Below, piece by piece: positions 13,943 through 27,672 of a DNA stretch of 64,000 bases. Each line of letters begins with the position of its first letter. Positions within the stretch are counted from its first letter, which is position 1. The stretch is from Podarcis bocagei (Eukaryota). The stretch lies in assembly GCA_964188305.1 (NCBI GenBank), contig OZ076887.1. One strand, written 5' to 3'. The notes beneath the pieces were generated by a model. That model made no database searches. It was not told the DNA's origin and saw only the letters and a program-made list of their open reading frames with translations. The position numbers and the translations under genes were made by a program.

Positions 13943-13983
<41 letters not shown>
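13943..13983. repeat. (AC)n microsatellite
   Basis: Seen directly. Confidence 0.95.
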
Positions 13984-13985
<2 letters not shown>

Positions 13986-14314
13986 AAATAGGAAGTGTGT
14001 GCTAAGAACGTATTGTTTGTGGCTGCAGATTCTCCCCAGTATTTCTTGTTGGTTAGCTCAGTCTCAGGGTAATGAGCCCCACGTTGGGTGAAATATTCCT
14101 GCATGGCAGGGAGTTGGACTATGATTATGGTGGCCCCTTCCAACGCTTCTGTGATTTGAAAAATGATTCTCAAAAAAAAAAAAAAAGTTTCCTATTTAGA
14201 TATCCATCTAATGACCATCTCATTAGTCAAAAGCAGGCCTATACTTCCCATTGAAATACTTATAAGTTTATGTTGATTAAAATGGTTCTTCATTTTAAAC
14301 ATTTTTCCTGTTTT

Positions 14315-14448
14315 TTGTGCACCACAAATAAAATATGTGCAGTGTGCATAGGAATTTGTTCATATTTTTTTCAAACTATAGTCCGGCCCCCAACAGTGTC
14401 TGAGGGACAGTGAACCGGCCCCCTGTTTAAGAAGTTTGAGGACCCCTG
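14315..14448. mobile_element. Terminus of a hAT-Charlie element (OC1/OposCharlie-like)
   Basis: Ends ...caaactatagtccggccc...tgagggacagtgaaccggccccctgtttaagaagtttgaggacccctg; related to 54408-54729 and 58944-59194. Confidence 0.7.
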
Positions 14449-15288
14449 CCATATAGCATAAGGAAACTGTCATGTTTCATTGCAAAATATGGGGTCCAAT
14501 TTCCCTAAATAAATAATTGGACTCTAGTCTTTGCACTTGGGGTATGACCTTGAGTGACAAGCTTCAGCTCGTGGCATGTGTTCAACGGTAGTGTTAAAAC
14601 ATACTGAAAATAAGAATGACCTCCTCCTTCAGGGAGTGGTTCAAGCAGCCAACTGATCACACAAGCTAGCAATTGAAAAGCAACACTAAGGAGACTTAAA
14701 AGCTTATCTCTTTATGTTTTGATGTTCCATTGCTGGATGTTTTAAGTTTGCATGCAATGAGTTCAGATAGTGGAGATATTGGCTTATTGCTACATAAAGA
14801 GCATTCAGCAGAAAAGCATACTTTTGTAAAAGGCTGGCGACTTTAAATTATAAGCAAACCAAGAAATCAGGTTAAATGTTTTATAATGTCATGTTTGCCC
14901 ATAATCCCTTTCAACTTCTCTCAGAGTAATTACATCCAATTCTGGTGTAATTACTCTGGAGGAATTCAGACGTAATTACTTTGCCATCTTATGCCAACTT
15001 CAGTGCTTACTACTTTGTGTTCATTTTTTACGTGTCTTCTTTTGTTTTGTGTCTGCCTTGCGCCAGGAGTGATGCAGTGAGCAAGCTAACAGCAGAAAGG
15101 GGCATTCTTTACCATTCATCTGTTTGCCCAGGGTCAACAAATGTATACTTAATGGTTGCCCCCACCCTAGATGACCGGACAAGGGGCAAAATGCATGCCT
15201 GAATTATAGATGCCTGTTGGAAGTATTTGCAACACTGCAATACCAAAATGGGAATTTAAGAAACAGATCTTATGCTAAATATAGTGAA

Positions 15289-16936
15289 TCATAGAATCAT
15301 AGAATCATAGAGTTGGAAGAGACCACAAGGGCCATCGAGTCCAACCCCCTGCCAAGCAGGAAACACCATCAGAGCACTCCTGACATATGGTTGTCAAGCC
15401 TCTGCTTAAAGACCTCCAAAGTAGGAGACTCCACCACACTCCTTGGCAGCAAATTCCACTGTCGAACAGCTCTTACTGTCATGAAGTTCTTCCTAATGTT
15501 TAGGTGGAATCTTCTTTCTTGTAGTTTGGATCCATTGCTCCGTGTCCGCTTCTCTGGAGCAGCAGAAAACAACCTTTCTCCCTCCTCTATGTGACATCCT
15601 TTTATATATTTGAACATGGCTATCATATCACCCCTTAACCTCCTCTTCTCCAGGCTAAACATGCCCAGCTCCCTTAGCCGTTCCTCATAAGGCATCGTTT
15701 CCAGGCCTTTGACCATTTTGGTTGCCCTCCTCTGGACACATTCCAGTTTGTCAGTGTCCTTCTTGAATTGTGGTGCCCAGAACTGGACACAGTACTCCAG
15801 GTGAGGTCTGACCAGAGCAGAATACAGTGGCACTATTACTTCCCTTGATCTAGATGCTATACTCCTATTGATGCAGCCCAGAATTGCATTGGCTTTTTTA
15901 GCTGCCGCGTCACACTGTTGGCTCATGTCAAGTTTGTGGTCAACCAAGACTCCTAGATCCTTTTCACATGTACTGCTCTCAAGCCAGGTGTCCCCCATCT
16001 TGTATTTGTGCCTCTCATTTTTTTTGCCCAAGTGCAATACTTTATATTTCTCCCTGTTAAAATTCATCTTGTTTGTTTTTGCCCAGTTCTCTAATCTGTC
16101 AAGGTCGTTTTGAAGTGTGATCCTGTCCTCTGGGGTGTTAGCCACCCCTCCCAGTTTGGTGTCATCTGCAAATTTGATCAGGATGCCCTTGAGTCCATCA
16201 TCCAAGTCGTTGATAAAGATGTTGAATAAGACCGGGCCCAAGACAGAACCCTGTGGCACCCCACTAGTCACTCTTCTCCAGGATGAAGAGGAACCATTGA
16301 TGAGCACCCTTTGGGTTCGGTCAGTCAGCCAGTTACAAATCCACTGAGTGGTAGCATAGTCAAGACCGCATTTTACCAGCTTCTTTACAAGAATATCATG
16401 GGGCACCTTGTCAAATGCCTTGCTGAAATCAAGGTAGGCTACATCCACTGCGTTCCCTTCATCTACCAGGCTTGTAATTCTGTTAAAAAACGAGATCAGG
16501 TTAGTCTGACATGACTTATTTTTCAGAAATCCATGCTGACTATTGGTGATCACAGCATTCCTTTCTAGGTGCTCACAGACTGTTTGCTTAAGGATCTGCT
16601 CCAGAATCTTCCCTGGTATTGATGTCAGACTGACTGGGCGATAATTATTTGGGTCCTCTCTTTTCCCCTTTTTGAAAATAGGGACAACATTTGCCCTCCT
16701 CCAGTCTGCCGGGACTTTGCCTGTTCTCCAGGAATTCTCAAAGATGACTGCCAGTGGTTCTGAGATCACATCAGCCAGTTCTTTTAATACTCTTGGATGC
16801 AGTTCATCTGGCCCTGGAGACTTGAAGACATCTAAACTAGCCAAGTATTCTTGTACTATCTCCTTAGTTATTCTGGGCTGTGTTTCCTTTGCTGAATCAT
16901 TTGCTCCAAATTCTTCAGGTCGGGCAAATTCTTCAG
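15289..16936 (-). mobile_element. Young 5'-truncated CR1 LINE with an uninterrupted RT-containing ORF2 fragment
   Basis: ORF 15369-~16924 has no stops: [52 protein letters not shown]. (ATTCTATG)n 3' tail. Candidate TSD GTGAA (15284-15288, 16937-16941). Confidence 0.96.
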
Positions 16937-17835
16937 GTGAAGGGCAGAAAGAATTATGGAAGCTCCATGAGATAAAATCTACATCTGGATTTAGTAATGG
17001 AAATATTCCTACAGAAATTTGAAACTCCAGACCATAGTAGATTGGCATTTAAATACAAAGCAGGCAGCTATGTGGATTATCCTTAATCCTGATATTTAAC
17101 CATGCTGGCATCACCTTTGGCTTGTTGTTGTATTTAGGGGTCTATACTGTCTGAGCTTCATGGACAAGCTAACTTAGCATGACTGGGAGGCTGAAGGTAA
17201 CGTACAGGCCAGCAACCACCCATTTAAGACTGGACACAAGTGAGACTGTTCCAGAGAAATGCAAGTATTCAAGGGAAATTGGTTCAGGGCAATGCAACCT
17301 CTCAATCTTCAAGTGCAGTTTGCACTCAGGAGCCAACCAGGTGGATACGTCAGCTTGTGTATAGGCTCACTGATTTTGCAGCTAATGTGGGTTCTTTTTT
17401 CCTCTTCCCCTTTTTCACATTTGTCCTTATTGTGGGCGAGGCAGTTGGGACATGATTTCCAGTGATGCACACCATGACCAGTGATGGTATATAGTTATCA
17501 TTCTTACTGATACCTCTTACTGATACTTAATGCCTCCTGAAAGCACTCATGAATCAAACCAGAGGAATGAACAAAGTATCTATCAGACCTGAGCCAGGAA
17601 AACCTGGATTCAAATCCCTGCTTAGCCATGGAAACCAGTCAGTATTTCCTGACCTAACCTACATCACAGGGCAGTAGTGAGTGTCAAATGAGAAAGTCTA
17701 TATCCATCTTGGGTTCCTTAAAAGGAAGGCGTTGGTTTGGCAGCCTGGGCCCCATAGGTACCAAGGTGAGTTCCTCTGAGCCTTGACTTTGATAATGGGT
17801 TGACAGAAGGTTATGGCAAAGCCTCTCCTCCTTCC

Positions 17836-18601
17836 GGAGGGGAGGGGTTGTGACCGGGAGATGATTCCAGCATCGCGCAGGGGGCATCTGCCCCCTGCCC
17901 TATCAGTTTCGCTGGTGCGCCACGCTTCCCAGTAGGGCACCCAATTGGGAGACACCGCGGGGGCGTGATTTAGCCGCTCAAATGCGGCCGTGCCAGCTCT
18001 CCCCGCCATTGTGCTCCCGTTTTCTCCACGAGTCACCCACCCACCACTCCCTGTACAGCGTAGCTTCTCGGTCGACCTTGCTATGGACCCATGGTTGGTC
18101 GCCCTGGTTGCCCAGGGGGCCTGGTATGAGTTTTTTCCAATTGGCAAATTGGCACCGGCCTCTTGGTTTTTTTCGCCTACCTCATAGCATTCGTCACAAC
18201 TTTCTTGGTATTTGGCGGTTAGGCATTGGAATGTGTTGTTGGTGTATGGAAGAGCAAGGTGTGGCCATCGCCTACCCCTTCACTTATGGGTATTCCGTTA
18301 AAGGAATCCAGCGGTCGTGGATCCTGTGTGGTGGGGGGCCATGGCACGACCCTCGGTGACATCAGGGGAGAGCTTATAGTTGTATTTGCATCAACAGGCT
18401 CCCCCGACTGGTGGTTAACCTCTCATCTGACTTACCCCTCTCCGAGTGGGTGGAGTCAAATTTTCTGTGGTCCAATGCCTAAGCCAATACCTTCTCACAT
18501 GCTGTAATCAATAAAGTTGTGGCCTTTTCTAGCCCATTAACCTAATATACTGTGTCCACGTGTCTTTATTCCCCAAGCGGGGATTGGGTCCTCGAATCAC
18601 A
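17836..18601 (+). mobile_element. LTR retrotransposon 3' end: polypurine tract plus LTR (17849-18601), Gypsy-like
   Basis: PPT GGAGGGGAGGGG (17836-17847) directly before TGTGA; ends TCACA; AATAAA at 18510-18515; GC/CpG-richer than flanks; internal remnant probably extends to about 17685. Confidence 0.7.
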
Positions 18602-20159
18602 ACTGGTAATTGGTGGGGAAGAGAGTAGGCGGCAAAGAAAGATATCAATAGCAGTTCTGCAGTTTATGATTACCAATGGCAATTGAACAGGTAAATTAGT
18701 GTCTGAACTGTTTCACTTAAGTCCAGGTGTAAAATGTTACATAATGGAATGCTACCCCAGTAAAAATTGATCCCTACATATAGAAAAATGGCATGTGGGG
18801 AAGAAAACTAGTTTCAGACTCTCCTCCATGGTACCTAGGAGTCAAAACTGATACAATAAACCAGAAACAGATTTATTGCCTCTTCTGCTTCTTTGAGAAC
18901 TGAGTCCTAGTCTGAATCAAAGGGAGATCAGCTGGATGATGGATCAGTTCTAAGATTGACAGATCACTATTGAAAGCTGCAGAACTTTACTGAGCCCTAT
19001 ATTGATGTTCTGTCCTGGGCTGAAAGGTCCTGCACCCCCCGAAGCCTTGCTTCTCAGCTCAGCTCAATGCATAATGCAAGAATACACAGGGGAGTGTGGG
19101 GTTTGGATAATTGATGAGTAGATCTCCTGGAAGGCTTGAGCTGTTCACTCAAGGAAAGGAATGGAGAAGAAATTCGTTTGGTTTGTTAACCTACCTAATT
19201 TGTGCTTCCTGAACCAATGGATGAACCAAAACAAAGGTATAATTTTGAAATCCAGACTTCTTAAAATTCTCCAATCTAGGACAGATAAGGAAATGGGGAG
19301 AAGTATTGGAAAAATGAGAGGCAATGAAATTGAGAGATTTGTCTAACTCTAGTCCAGTGGACGGCATTACTGATTTCAGTATCTGGATTTGATAGCATTT
19401 TGTATTTCATATACTCCTTCTCTACTGGAACTACGCCTTTCCCTCAAGACATGTGAGTTCCTAGTTCCTCTGGATTATGGGCAGACATCGATGTATCTAT
19501 AAAATGGTATAGTACCACCAATGGGAAGTGTAGGTGGAGTTTACAGGGAAGGAATGTCCTGCTATTTCAGTTACATGTACTTAGGCCTGGTCCCAGGCTT
19601 GGTTACCATAGGACAGCCTTTGCCAATCTAATGCCATTCATATGTTTTGGACTACAACTTCCATAAGCCGCAGTCAACAAAGGCTGCAGTAGGCCATGGG
19701 AACAGGCACAAACATAATAAATATATATTTACATTGCAACAACAAAGAAATTGTATCTACACAAACTTAGCAGCCTTTTTCCTTTAGAAAAGCATGCATT
19801 CTTAAAAAGTGATCTAAATTTAATATAGTTGCTGCAGAGACAAACTCAGTGGCTTGCTGTTCAGTTTAAAGTGGTCAAGTGTGTTGATCCTAATTATGAG
19901 AAAATTAAGCTGCTGAAGAAGAAACATTTTAATGTGTCTTTATTTTTGCTTTAGTCACTGACTTGAGCAAATAGCATAGTAAGTTTCCTTTTGCCAAAAA
20001 CCTCTGTTAAAGTCAAATGTATTCTGAATTAGCAAGTGCTTTCATGTTTGGCTGCAATCCTTATTTTCTCCCTGTCACTTAAATGATTGATCTTTCTATC
20101 AGACTCCATGGATTCTCTGTTGTGATTCCACCAATCATTAGTGCCTTAGTGCCTAATGC

Positions 20160-20189
20160 AGATAGATAGATTAGATAGATAGATAGATA
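20160..20189. repeat. (GATA)n microsatellite
   Basis: Seen directly. Confidence 0.85.
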
Positions 20190-21410
20190 ATGGAGGGAAT
20201 CTGTGATGGCGGAAAGTTCAGAATCAGAATAAAATATCTGGGTTAGGGGTAGAAGAATGTCACATGGCAGAAAAAGTGATGGCACCCAGGAATCTGTAGA
20301 ATGCACAAAAGGTATCTACCTTTCCATGGATTTTCAGTGGATTTTGGTTTCTTTTCATCGTGAGTTGTGGATCTTACATATGGAGGAGTTCAGGCAAGAT
20401 AAGATTGCATGAGAGGTGTGTTTTCTGGTTTCCCTCTTCCACCTTCAACCCTCTGAGGCCCTGAACCTCCAGAACAGTGTGGGAGGTGGCACCAAGGATA
20501 GCAGGAGGCTGTTTTTCCACCTGTGTGAGCATCCAGTTCTCATAACAAGAGTCTCTGCTGCATCCGACACACTCCTGCAAACTGAAGGGGTCTGTCTAAT
20601 CATGGAACAACAGATCTGTATCCGACCCATAGATTTTAACTTTTTCAATCCCTGGAAGTTGTATGGAAGGGAGTCGCCAAAAGGGATGCAGTACATAGTT
20701 CCTTCTGATATTGACAATCTTTTTGCAACCTGCTAAAAATAGTTTGCTGAAAACATAGTATCTGGCTGTGTTCATGCATTTGCCCCTTTCAGTTTGTACA
20801 GTTCCTTTGTGACTGTGCTGTGGTGGTTGGGTTGCATAAATTAATTCACAGTAAGAGAAATGTGGTCATTTGAATCCCCTTAATTTGCGGCAAACTGTCA
20901 TTTCAAAATATTCTCTTGCTCTCCTCTTTTTTTTACTTGGCATATGAAAGTCATTATCTCTAGAGCTGAAAAATTGCCTGTGACTGGTTGCCCAGGTCTT
21001 ATAGCTTCTATGCTATTACCTAATAATTTGTTATGCGCTGTTTTTGCAGTATTGTTTGTGTAGGGCTGTCAGCAAATCATTTGATTTTGGCTTACAAAAG
21101 TTTGTTGTTGTTGCCTAGGAATTGGAAACTTGAGCTACATTAATTAGCAACAAAAAACTGTTACTTCTAAAACACATACGGTCTACCGTGTTCTTATGCC
21201 TCTCCTTTGTAAAAGGTTCCCATAACTTGTGCCCTGGATATGTAATTTGTTAAAAACTATGCCGCCTTTCATAATACCAGATTTCAGGATGATGGAAAGT
21301 GTAATACACACCCCGCAACAAAACCCAAGAGAACAGAAGATAAAAACAGCAGACAAAACCTTACAAAAGACTAAAAGTACAATTATATGCATGCCTATAT
21401 GAAAAGAAGA

Positions 21411-21737
21411 TAAACCACAGAGCCTAGGACTCAATCAGAAGGTCGGTGGTTCGAATCCCCACAACGGGGTGAGCTCCCGTTGCTCAGTCCCTGCTCCTGC
21501 CAACCTAGCAGTTCGAAAGCACGTCAAGTGCAAGTAGATAAATAGGTACCGCTCTGGCGGGAAGGTAAACGGCGTTTCCGTGTGCTGCTCTGGTTTGCCA
21601 GAAGTGGCTTAGTCATGCTGGCCACATGACCTGGAAGCTGTACGCCGGCTCCCTCAGCCAATAAAGTGAAATGAGCACCACAACCCCAGAGTTGGCCACA
21701 ACTGGACCTAATGGTCAGGGGTCCCCCTTACCTTTTA
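21411..21737 (+). mobile_element. Sauria SINE (lacertid type), slightly 5'-truncated
   Basis: B box GGTTCGAATCC, core ctcctgccaacctagcagttcgaaagc...aagtagataaataggtacc, ACCTTT-type tail. Confidence 0.9.
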
Positions 21738-23954
21738 TATGAAAAGAAGATAGGTATGGGCTCATCCACTTCCTTTTCTACTGTGAGTTCTAGGTCGGAG
21801 AGGCTTTACTTTTGTTTTCATCACTTTCCCCAGGAAAACCCGCTGTTTACCACTGAATCAATCAAGTTTCTGGGGATTAACGTTTGTTCTGATTCAGCAG
21901 TAAACAGTGGGTGAGTTCCTGGGGAAAGTGGTGAGACAAAAGAAAAACCTCTTGGACGCATGCGTAGAAAACACGGGACAAACGGAAGTAAACATAGGAC
22001 AAACAGAAATGTGGACAAGTCATAAGTGTATATAGGACTGCAGCCTAAAACTTGTTATAGTAAATCAATACAGTACTTTACAGTGTTTGGGTAAACAAAA
22101 ATGCATTTGCCTGACAGTTAAATGATAGCAGCCCAAAACCTGCTTGATTAAATCAATAAAATAGTTTAAAATGCCTGGGTTAACAAAAACATCTTTGCCT
22201 GGAGGCTGAATGTTAGCAGGGCGAGACATTCCATAATCAGAACGTTGCTGCTGAGAAAGCTGTCTCCTGTGTAGGTGATCTTCATGCTTCATATGAAGGA
22301 AGTACCATAGAGAAAGCTCTTGGGAGAAGGTCTTAAAGAACAGGCAAATTCATACAGATGCTCCTTCAGGTATTTGGGTCCCAAGTTGCTCAGGGTTTGG
22401 TATCACCAGAAATAGTGCCTGAAATGGCCAATGAAACTATGATGATGATTCACAACATCAAATTACAACATAAAAGCACAACATACAAGATAAAAACAAG
22501 AACAAAAAACCCCAACACAAACCAATAACTGTCCTCCTTGCCCATATAGATGAATGAATCAGGCTGGTTTGACCCCACATGTTGGGACCATTTTGGGATG
22601 ATTTTGAAGCATTCATGGATAATACTATCAATTACCGTAGTTTTCATTCTTGAGCCTATTAGTTGGTGCCACCCTCTGTACTTCCCTCAATTTCTTCTTT
22701 TACTTTTCACTGATGGGTAGGGGATTCTTTGAGCCACACCGATGGGGATCTGTGCACCTTTCTACATAGACAATAGGTTGGTAAGCCAGCTTTATCTCCC
22801 CTTTGCATTATAAATGAACTATAATGTTTTCCCAGCATTTGGACAAGGCATTGAGAGTAGCAAGAGATTTGAATTTGCCTGGAGTAAACAAGCAAAGAAA
22901 ATACATTTCCCCTGGCCAGCAAAAACTGGCTGGCCTGAAGTTCCTTTTTCATCTTAACTGGCACAATCAATTTGTAATAATGCTCCCTTTAAACACAAGA
23001 TCCAGAGTGTTAGAAAAAGGGGATGTGCTGGAACAGCTATGACAGAATTCTGACTTGCCTGCGAAGCTCATAGTGAGATCTGCTCAGATTCTGCATTTAA
23101 AGCTAAGATCTGCTTCAAATGTAATGAATTCTCCTGTATGGAAAGCATTTCCATGTAGAAAAGAATAATGAAATGTGTGCATTTTGTTGCACAAAGTTGC
23201 AATAGGTAGCAATGATTAACTGCGGCTTCCTAGTAGCTTTTCTTTTACTGGTAAATCATTTAATGATTGCATTATACTGTTTTTATTGATGTTTTACATT
23301 TTACTGCTGTACACCACCCTGATTCTGCAGTATAAATGGCAACATATTAATACTTTTGTAAGTATAATAAATAAATAAATGTGTGTAAGCACAGCCAAAG
23401 GGGGAATGTGTGTGCCTGTGATTGATAGATGTGACACATTTCCATGCAATTTTTTAAATTTTTACTCAGAAATGTCTGTATAGGAAATGCATAACATTTC
23501 ATCTTGTTCTAGGTCTCTGGGAGAGAGGACTCTTAATATCAGTCCCACTGGCACCTTTGTCCTTCAAGAACTAGGCACTGAAGCTCCTCCTTTAGCATTC
23601 AGTCCTTTGCAGACTAGATTAATTAAGTCATAACCAGACCCTGCTGCCCCAATCCTTGGCCAGACATGACTACAATTCATTGTGATGAGCTCTAATTATG
23701 TGTCCTCTGCCTTCCTCTTTGGATGGAGGGATGCTTGCTTTTAACTGGGATTCAAAAAGTGCACATCCATTCTGTCCTAATTCTGAAAATTTTTCAACCT
23801 GCAAACCACAGACAGGATGATTCATTGTGTAGCAGAGAACTGATAATGTAGAATTTCAGTAATGTGGTCATTTCGTTGTGACAAGAATAGTTCATTATCT
23901 CAAGAGAGATCCTGGATTCTTTTCTGTTTCCTCTCTTTCTGTTTTGTCAATCAC

Positions 23955-24310
23955 ATAGAATCATAGAATCATAGAGTTGGAATAGACCACAAGGGCCATC
24001 GAGTCCAACCCCCTGCCAAGCAGGAAACACCATCAGAGCACTCCTGACATATGGTTGTCAAGCCTCTGCTTAAAGACCTCCAAAGTAGGAGACTCCACCA
24101 CACTCCTTGGCAGCAAATTCCACTGTCGAGCAGCTCTTACTGTCATGAAGTTCTTCCTAATGTTTAGGTGGAATCTTCTTTCTTGTAGTTTGGATCCATT
24201 GCTCCGTGTCCGCTTCTCTGGAGCAGCAGAAAACAACCTTTCTCCCTCCTCTATATGACATCCTTTTATATATTTGAACATGATTATCATATCACCCCTT
24301 AACCTCCTCT
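23955..24310 (-). mobile_element. Second, heavily 5'-truncated copy of the same young CR1 family
   Basis: About 5 substitutions versus the 3' end of 15289-16936; (ATTCTATG)n tail; candidate TSD TCAC (23951-23954, 24311-24314). Confidence 0.95.
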
Positions 24311-24748
24311 TCACGGAAGCAAGCAGGAGGTTTCTCTAGTACCTGTTCTTAAAAAATTTGCCAAGGAAAGAAGACTGCAGTAGGATATGTCGTATATCTA
24401 TGATAGCACATTTATTTTGTGCATTTCTTAATGAACCAGAATAATTACAGTGTGCAGTATTATGAAGAGTACACTATTATGTCTGTTGGGTTTTTAAAAT
24501 AAACACACACACACAGTCCCAGAACCCTGCAGCCTGTCTTTTTCCATAGAGAAGGTTGGCACATAGAGGGAGGAGAAAGAGCTGGAGCTTCCCCAAGAGG
24601 TTTTCTTGATATCAGCTTTGTCATTTTGGTGCCAGAAAAAGACCCTTTTAATTTGCACAGCATGTGCTGTTAACTTTCCTTGATTGTGGTTTCACCAGTT
24701 CTACTGAAATGTATGGCTTTCTTTTAAATGTTGGTTTTATTCCTGCAG

Positions 24749-24750
<2 letters not shown>

Positions 24751-24812
<62 letters not shown>
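24751..24812. repeat. (AT)n microsatellite
   Basis: 31 perfect units. Confidence 0.95.
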
Positions 24813-24818
<6 letters not shown>

Positions 24819-27672
24819 TGAGCAGAGCACCTGATGGGTTTTTAACTAAAGGGTGATAAAGAAAGGCTTTGGGGTTGGGAGAAATAAACAAAACTGAGAG
24901 ATGTTTCTTGGGCACAGGTTGTTTCTGCTCTCAGTTCAGATGCTTGGTTTCATTTTGGTCATTCCATCTCAGAGGAGTGTTTAGCTGAAAAGAAAAGCTC
25001 TAGCACATCTCCAAAGAGCAACTATAAAGGTTGGGGCAAGATTTCTCATGTGACTAATGAAAGGGGGCTTGCCAGAAGCATAGAAAACAAGGAGCAGCAT
25101 AAATCAAATGGATGTTATTGTAATATAAAACCAGATGAAAACATTTAGAAATTTAAATGACATCAAAGATAAATTTGATGGAAACTATGAACTGTGCACA
25201 AATCAAAATTGTAGTGTTATAAGAAATATTACTGAAGCAAAAAAGTAAATAATATGATGCTTAGATGGCAAGGAATGCAGGCAGAATACCTGGTTTGGGG
25301 CCTCTTAGTACCCTCAATAAATCTTGAAGTGAGGCGTATTCACAATGCTGACCTTGTGGATTTGTTTCACACCTTGCTAGCAACTGAAGCCAAGTAGTAA
25401 TGGTCTCTTTGCTGAGCTCCGGGAACCTGTGTGGCTTTCCCTGAATGAGCCCAGAGTGGTAGTATCCTCTGTTGTGCCCAGAAATCTCACAAACTGAATC
25501 CAGTATCTGCCAAGACTACATTCTCAGTTACCTGCAAATGTAACTAGGGATAGAGAAAAAGTGGAATTCTTGTTAGCTGCTCTAAAACTGGTATACTACT
25601 TCCTGGAAGTCTCCCACAATTTGAGCACCAGCATTTTCAAGCAATGTGAAGTCCCCCTCGCACCCTTGAGCTACCTAATTGCTCCTTTAAAAATAAATAA
25701 ATCACCTTTTCATGTTGCCATTCAAGACATGTTGCTGCCTGAGGCAAAGAACAAGGCAGCAACACTCACCCTCCAGTTTTCTTGGACTGGTAGCTTAATC
25801 TTACATGAACACTGGTGGTTGTCTCCACTGTAGCTGAGAGCAGATGGGTAGTTTAGAGGGTACAGTGCAGGCCACATGGTGCCCACAACTGTGGGCATCA
25901 ACAGCTCCCCACCAGTCCTCACCCCTGCACCTGCGTACCTCAGACAGCCATCTCATTCTGCCTAATGTAAGGACTGGCCTTGCATGTGCAGCTTAGTTCA
26001 CACTAACATATGCCTGTATTGGGGAGATATGACAATGATTTGGGACTGCTTTCATGTAGAGAACATGACTACATGGACTTGTGAAGAACAATGAATTATA
26101 AAATAGGGTTTGCAGTGAAGGTAATCCAAAATCTTGAAAAGGTCAGGTAGCTGCCTCACAGGATGTTAGCTGCAAGAAGGTACTACAGGAGGTCCTGTCC
26201 TTGTTAAGTTGTCAGTTCTTTCTGATTATTCAGAAACAGCAAGAAGACCTGAGTATGTTGAATCTGACCCAAACCATAATTTGCTTGTGGAAAGATATTC
26301 TTAATGTGGGATGATGCAGAATTTCTGGAAGTTCTCGTAGATACGCAAAATTGCTATTATGCCCAAAACAAAAAGAAAACAGTGAATTAAGTACAATGGA
26401 GCTTTATAATAGTTACACTTTAATGCTGTAACTTCAAGTGACATCTGTGTTTGATTCCAGAGCCTTGAAGAAACCAGGCCCTCTATTGAATGGAGTAAGT
26501 GCCATTTAATTACTCTGTGTTTTCTTTAATGTATACTTGTGCTATTGGCCTAGAAATAAAAACATATGAGTGGGGTCCACCTAACCAGCCCCATCAGCGG
26601 AAGCCATACACAAAGACTATTGCAATGGGACTTCCTCTCCCTCTCCTTCTCCCTCTCCTCCTACACTGCCTGCAAATTCGATTTGGGGATTGAGAGCCCG
26701 GAGACCAGAGCATGGTGGGGGGAGGAGAAGGGGGGAACATTTCGTCTGGCAAGCAGGAATGCTTGCACAATTTAAATGATTAGAATAGTGTGATGTTGAA
26801 TTCCCCCCCACACACACACAAAACCACAAACACACACTTCATTTCTGATGCTGCCTTGCTACATTTCCTAAGGGATACATGTGCAGTATAAAATTATTCA
26901 GACTAATGAATGGCAATAGTAATTAATTTTACCCCCTCCAGACTGCTCCAAAATGTGACAGATAAACTGCAAGTGCTTCAGCACTATAGTACTTCAAATA
27001 AACGCTAAATGCATTTTCTAAAATCAACACCCAGAAGTAACAATACTGTTGATGTTATAATTCTGTTTCTTTCTTCATTAATTTTTAAGTTACATTTATT
27101 TTTATTGGTGGCATAACCAATAAAACTCATTTTGAGACTTGCAGGCCTGTTACCTCCTGTCTGAAATTTTAAAAATTCCCTTGAGGGGAGGAAGTAGTAT
27201 ACACATACAGTAAACCTTTTTTGACAGTTATAGCAATCTTTTCATAGGGAAACAAAAGTTATGCTAGTAAGAGCTAAATGCTCTGAAAGAAGTTTTGGCA
27301 GATTTGCTTTGTAAATTTTTTTGCCTTTTGTTTAAGAACTAAATCCAGGGAATTGCTGAATAGTACATAACACTTATTTAACAAGCAATCATAAATTATG
27401 CAGTTGGCCTTGTCATGTTGTTTTCCTTTAAATGGCTGGAAGCATTAAAATCTGCCTTGTGTATATGAATAGCTCAATCCAAATCTCAGTTTTGAGTACT
27501 GCTGCTGCCTGGAGTCATTTTCCATCTTTTTATTCAAACTAAATGTTGTTGTTTATATACCACTTTTGATTTCTAGAAATACACCAAGGTGGTTCACAAA
27601 CAAATACAAGCCAATAGAAAAATAAGTAGTGTGAAACCAATTATAAAAATGTAGCTACTCATAAAACTATTT

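Noticed and set aside
16937-17048. N-terminus of the 559-aa ORF as part of CR1
   Set aside because: It lies beyond the truncation junction and TSD in flanking host DNA
17698-18507. Several 90-150 aa ORFs
   Set aside because: No recognisable domains; expected in GC-rich LTR sequence
21411-21470. tRNA gene (GGTTCGAATCC)
   Set aside because: It is the tRNA-derived head of a Sauria SINE with no full cloverleaf; the same applies at 31727
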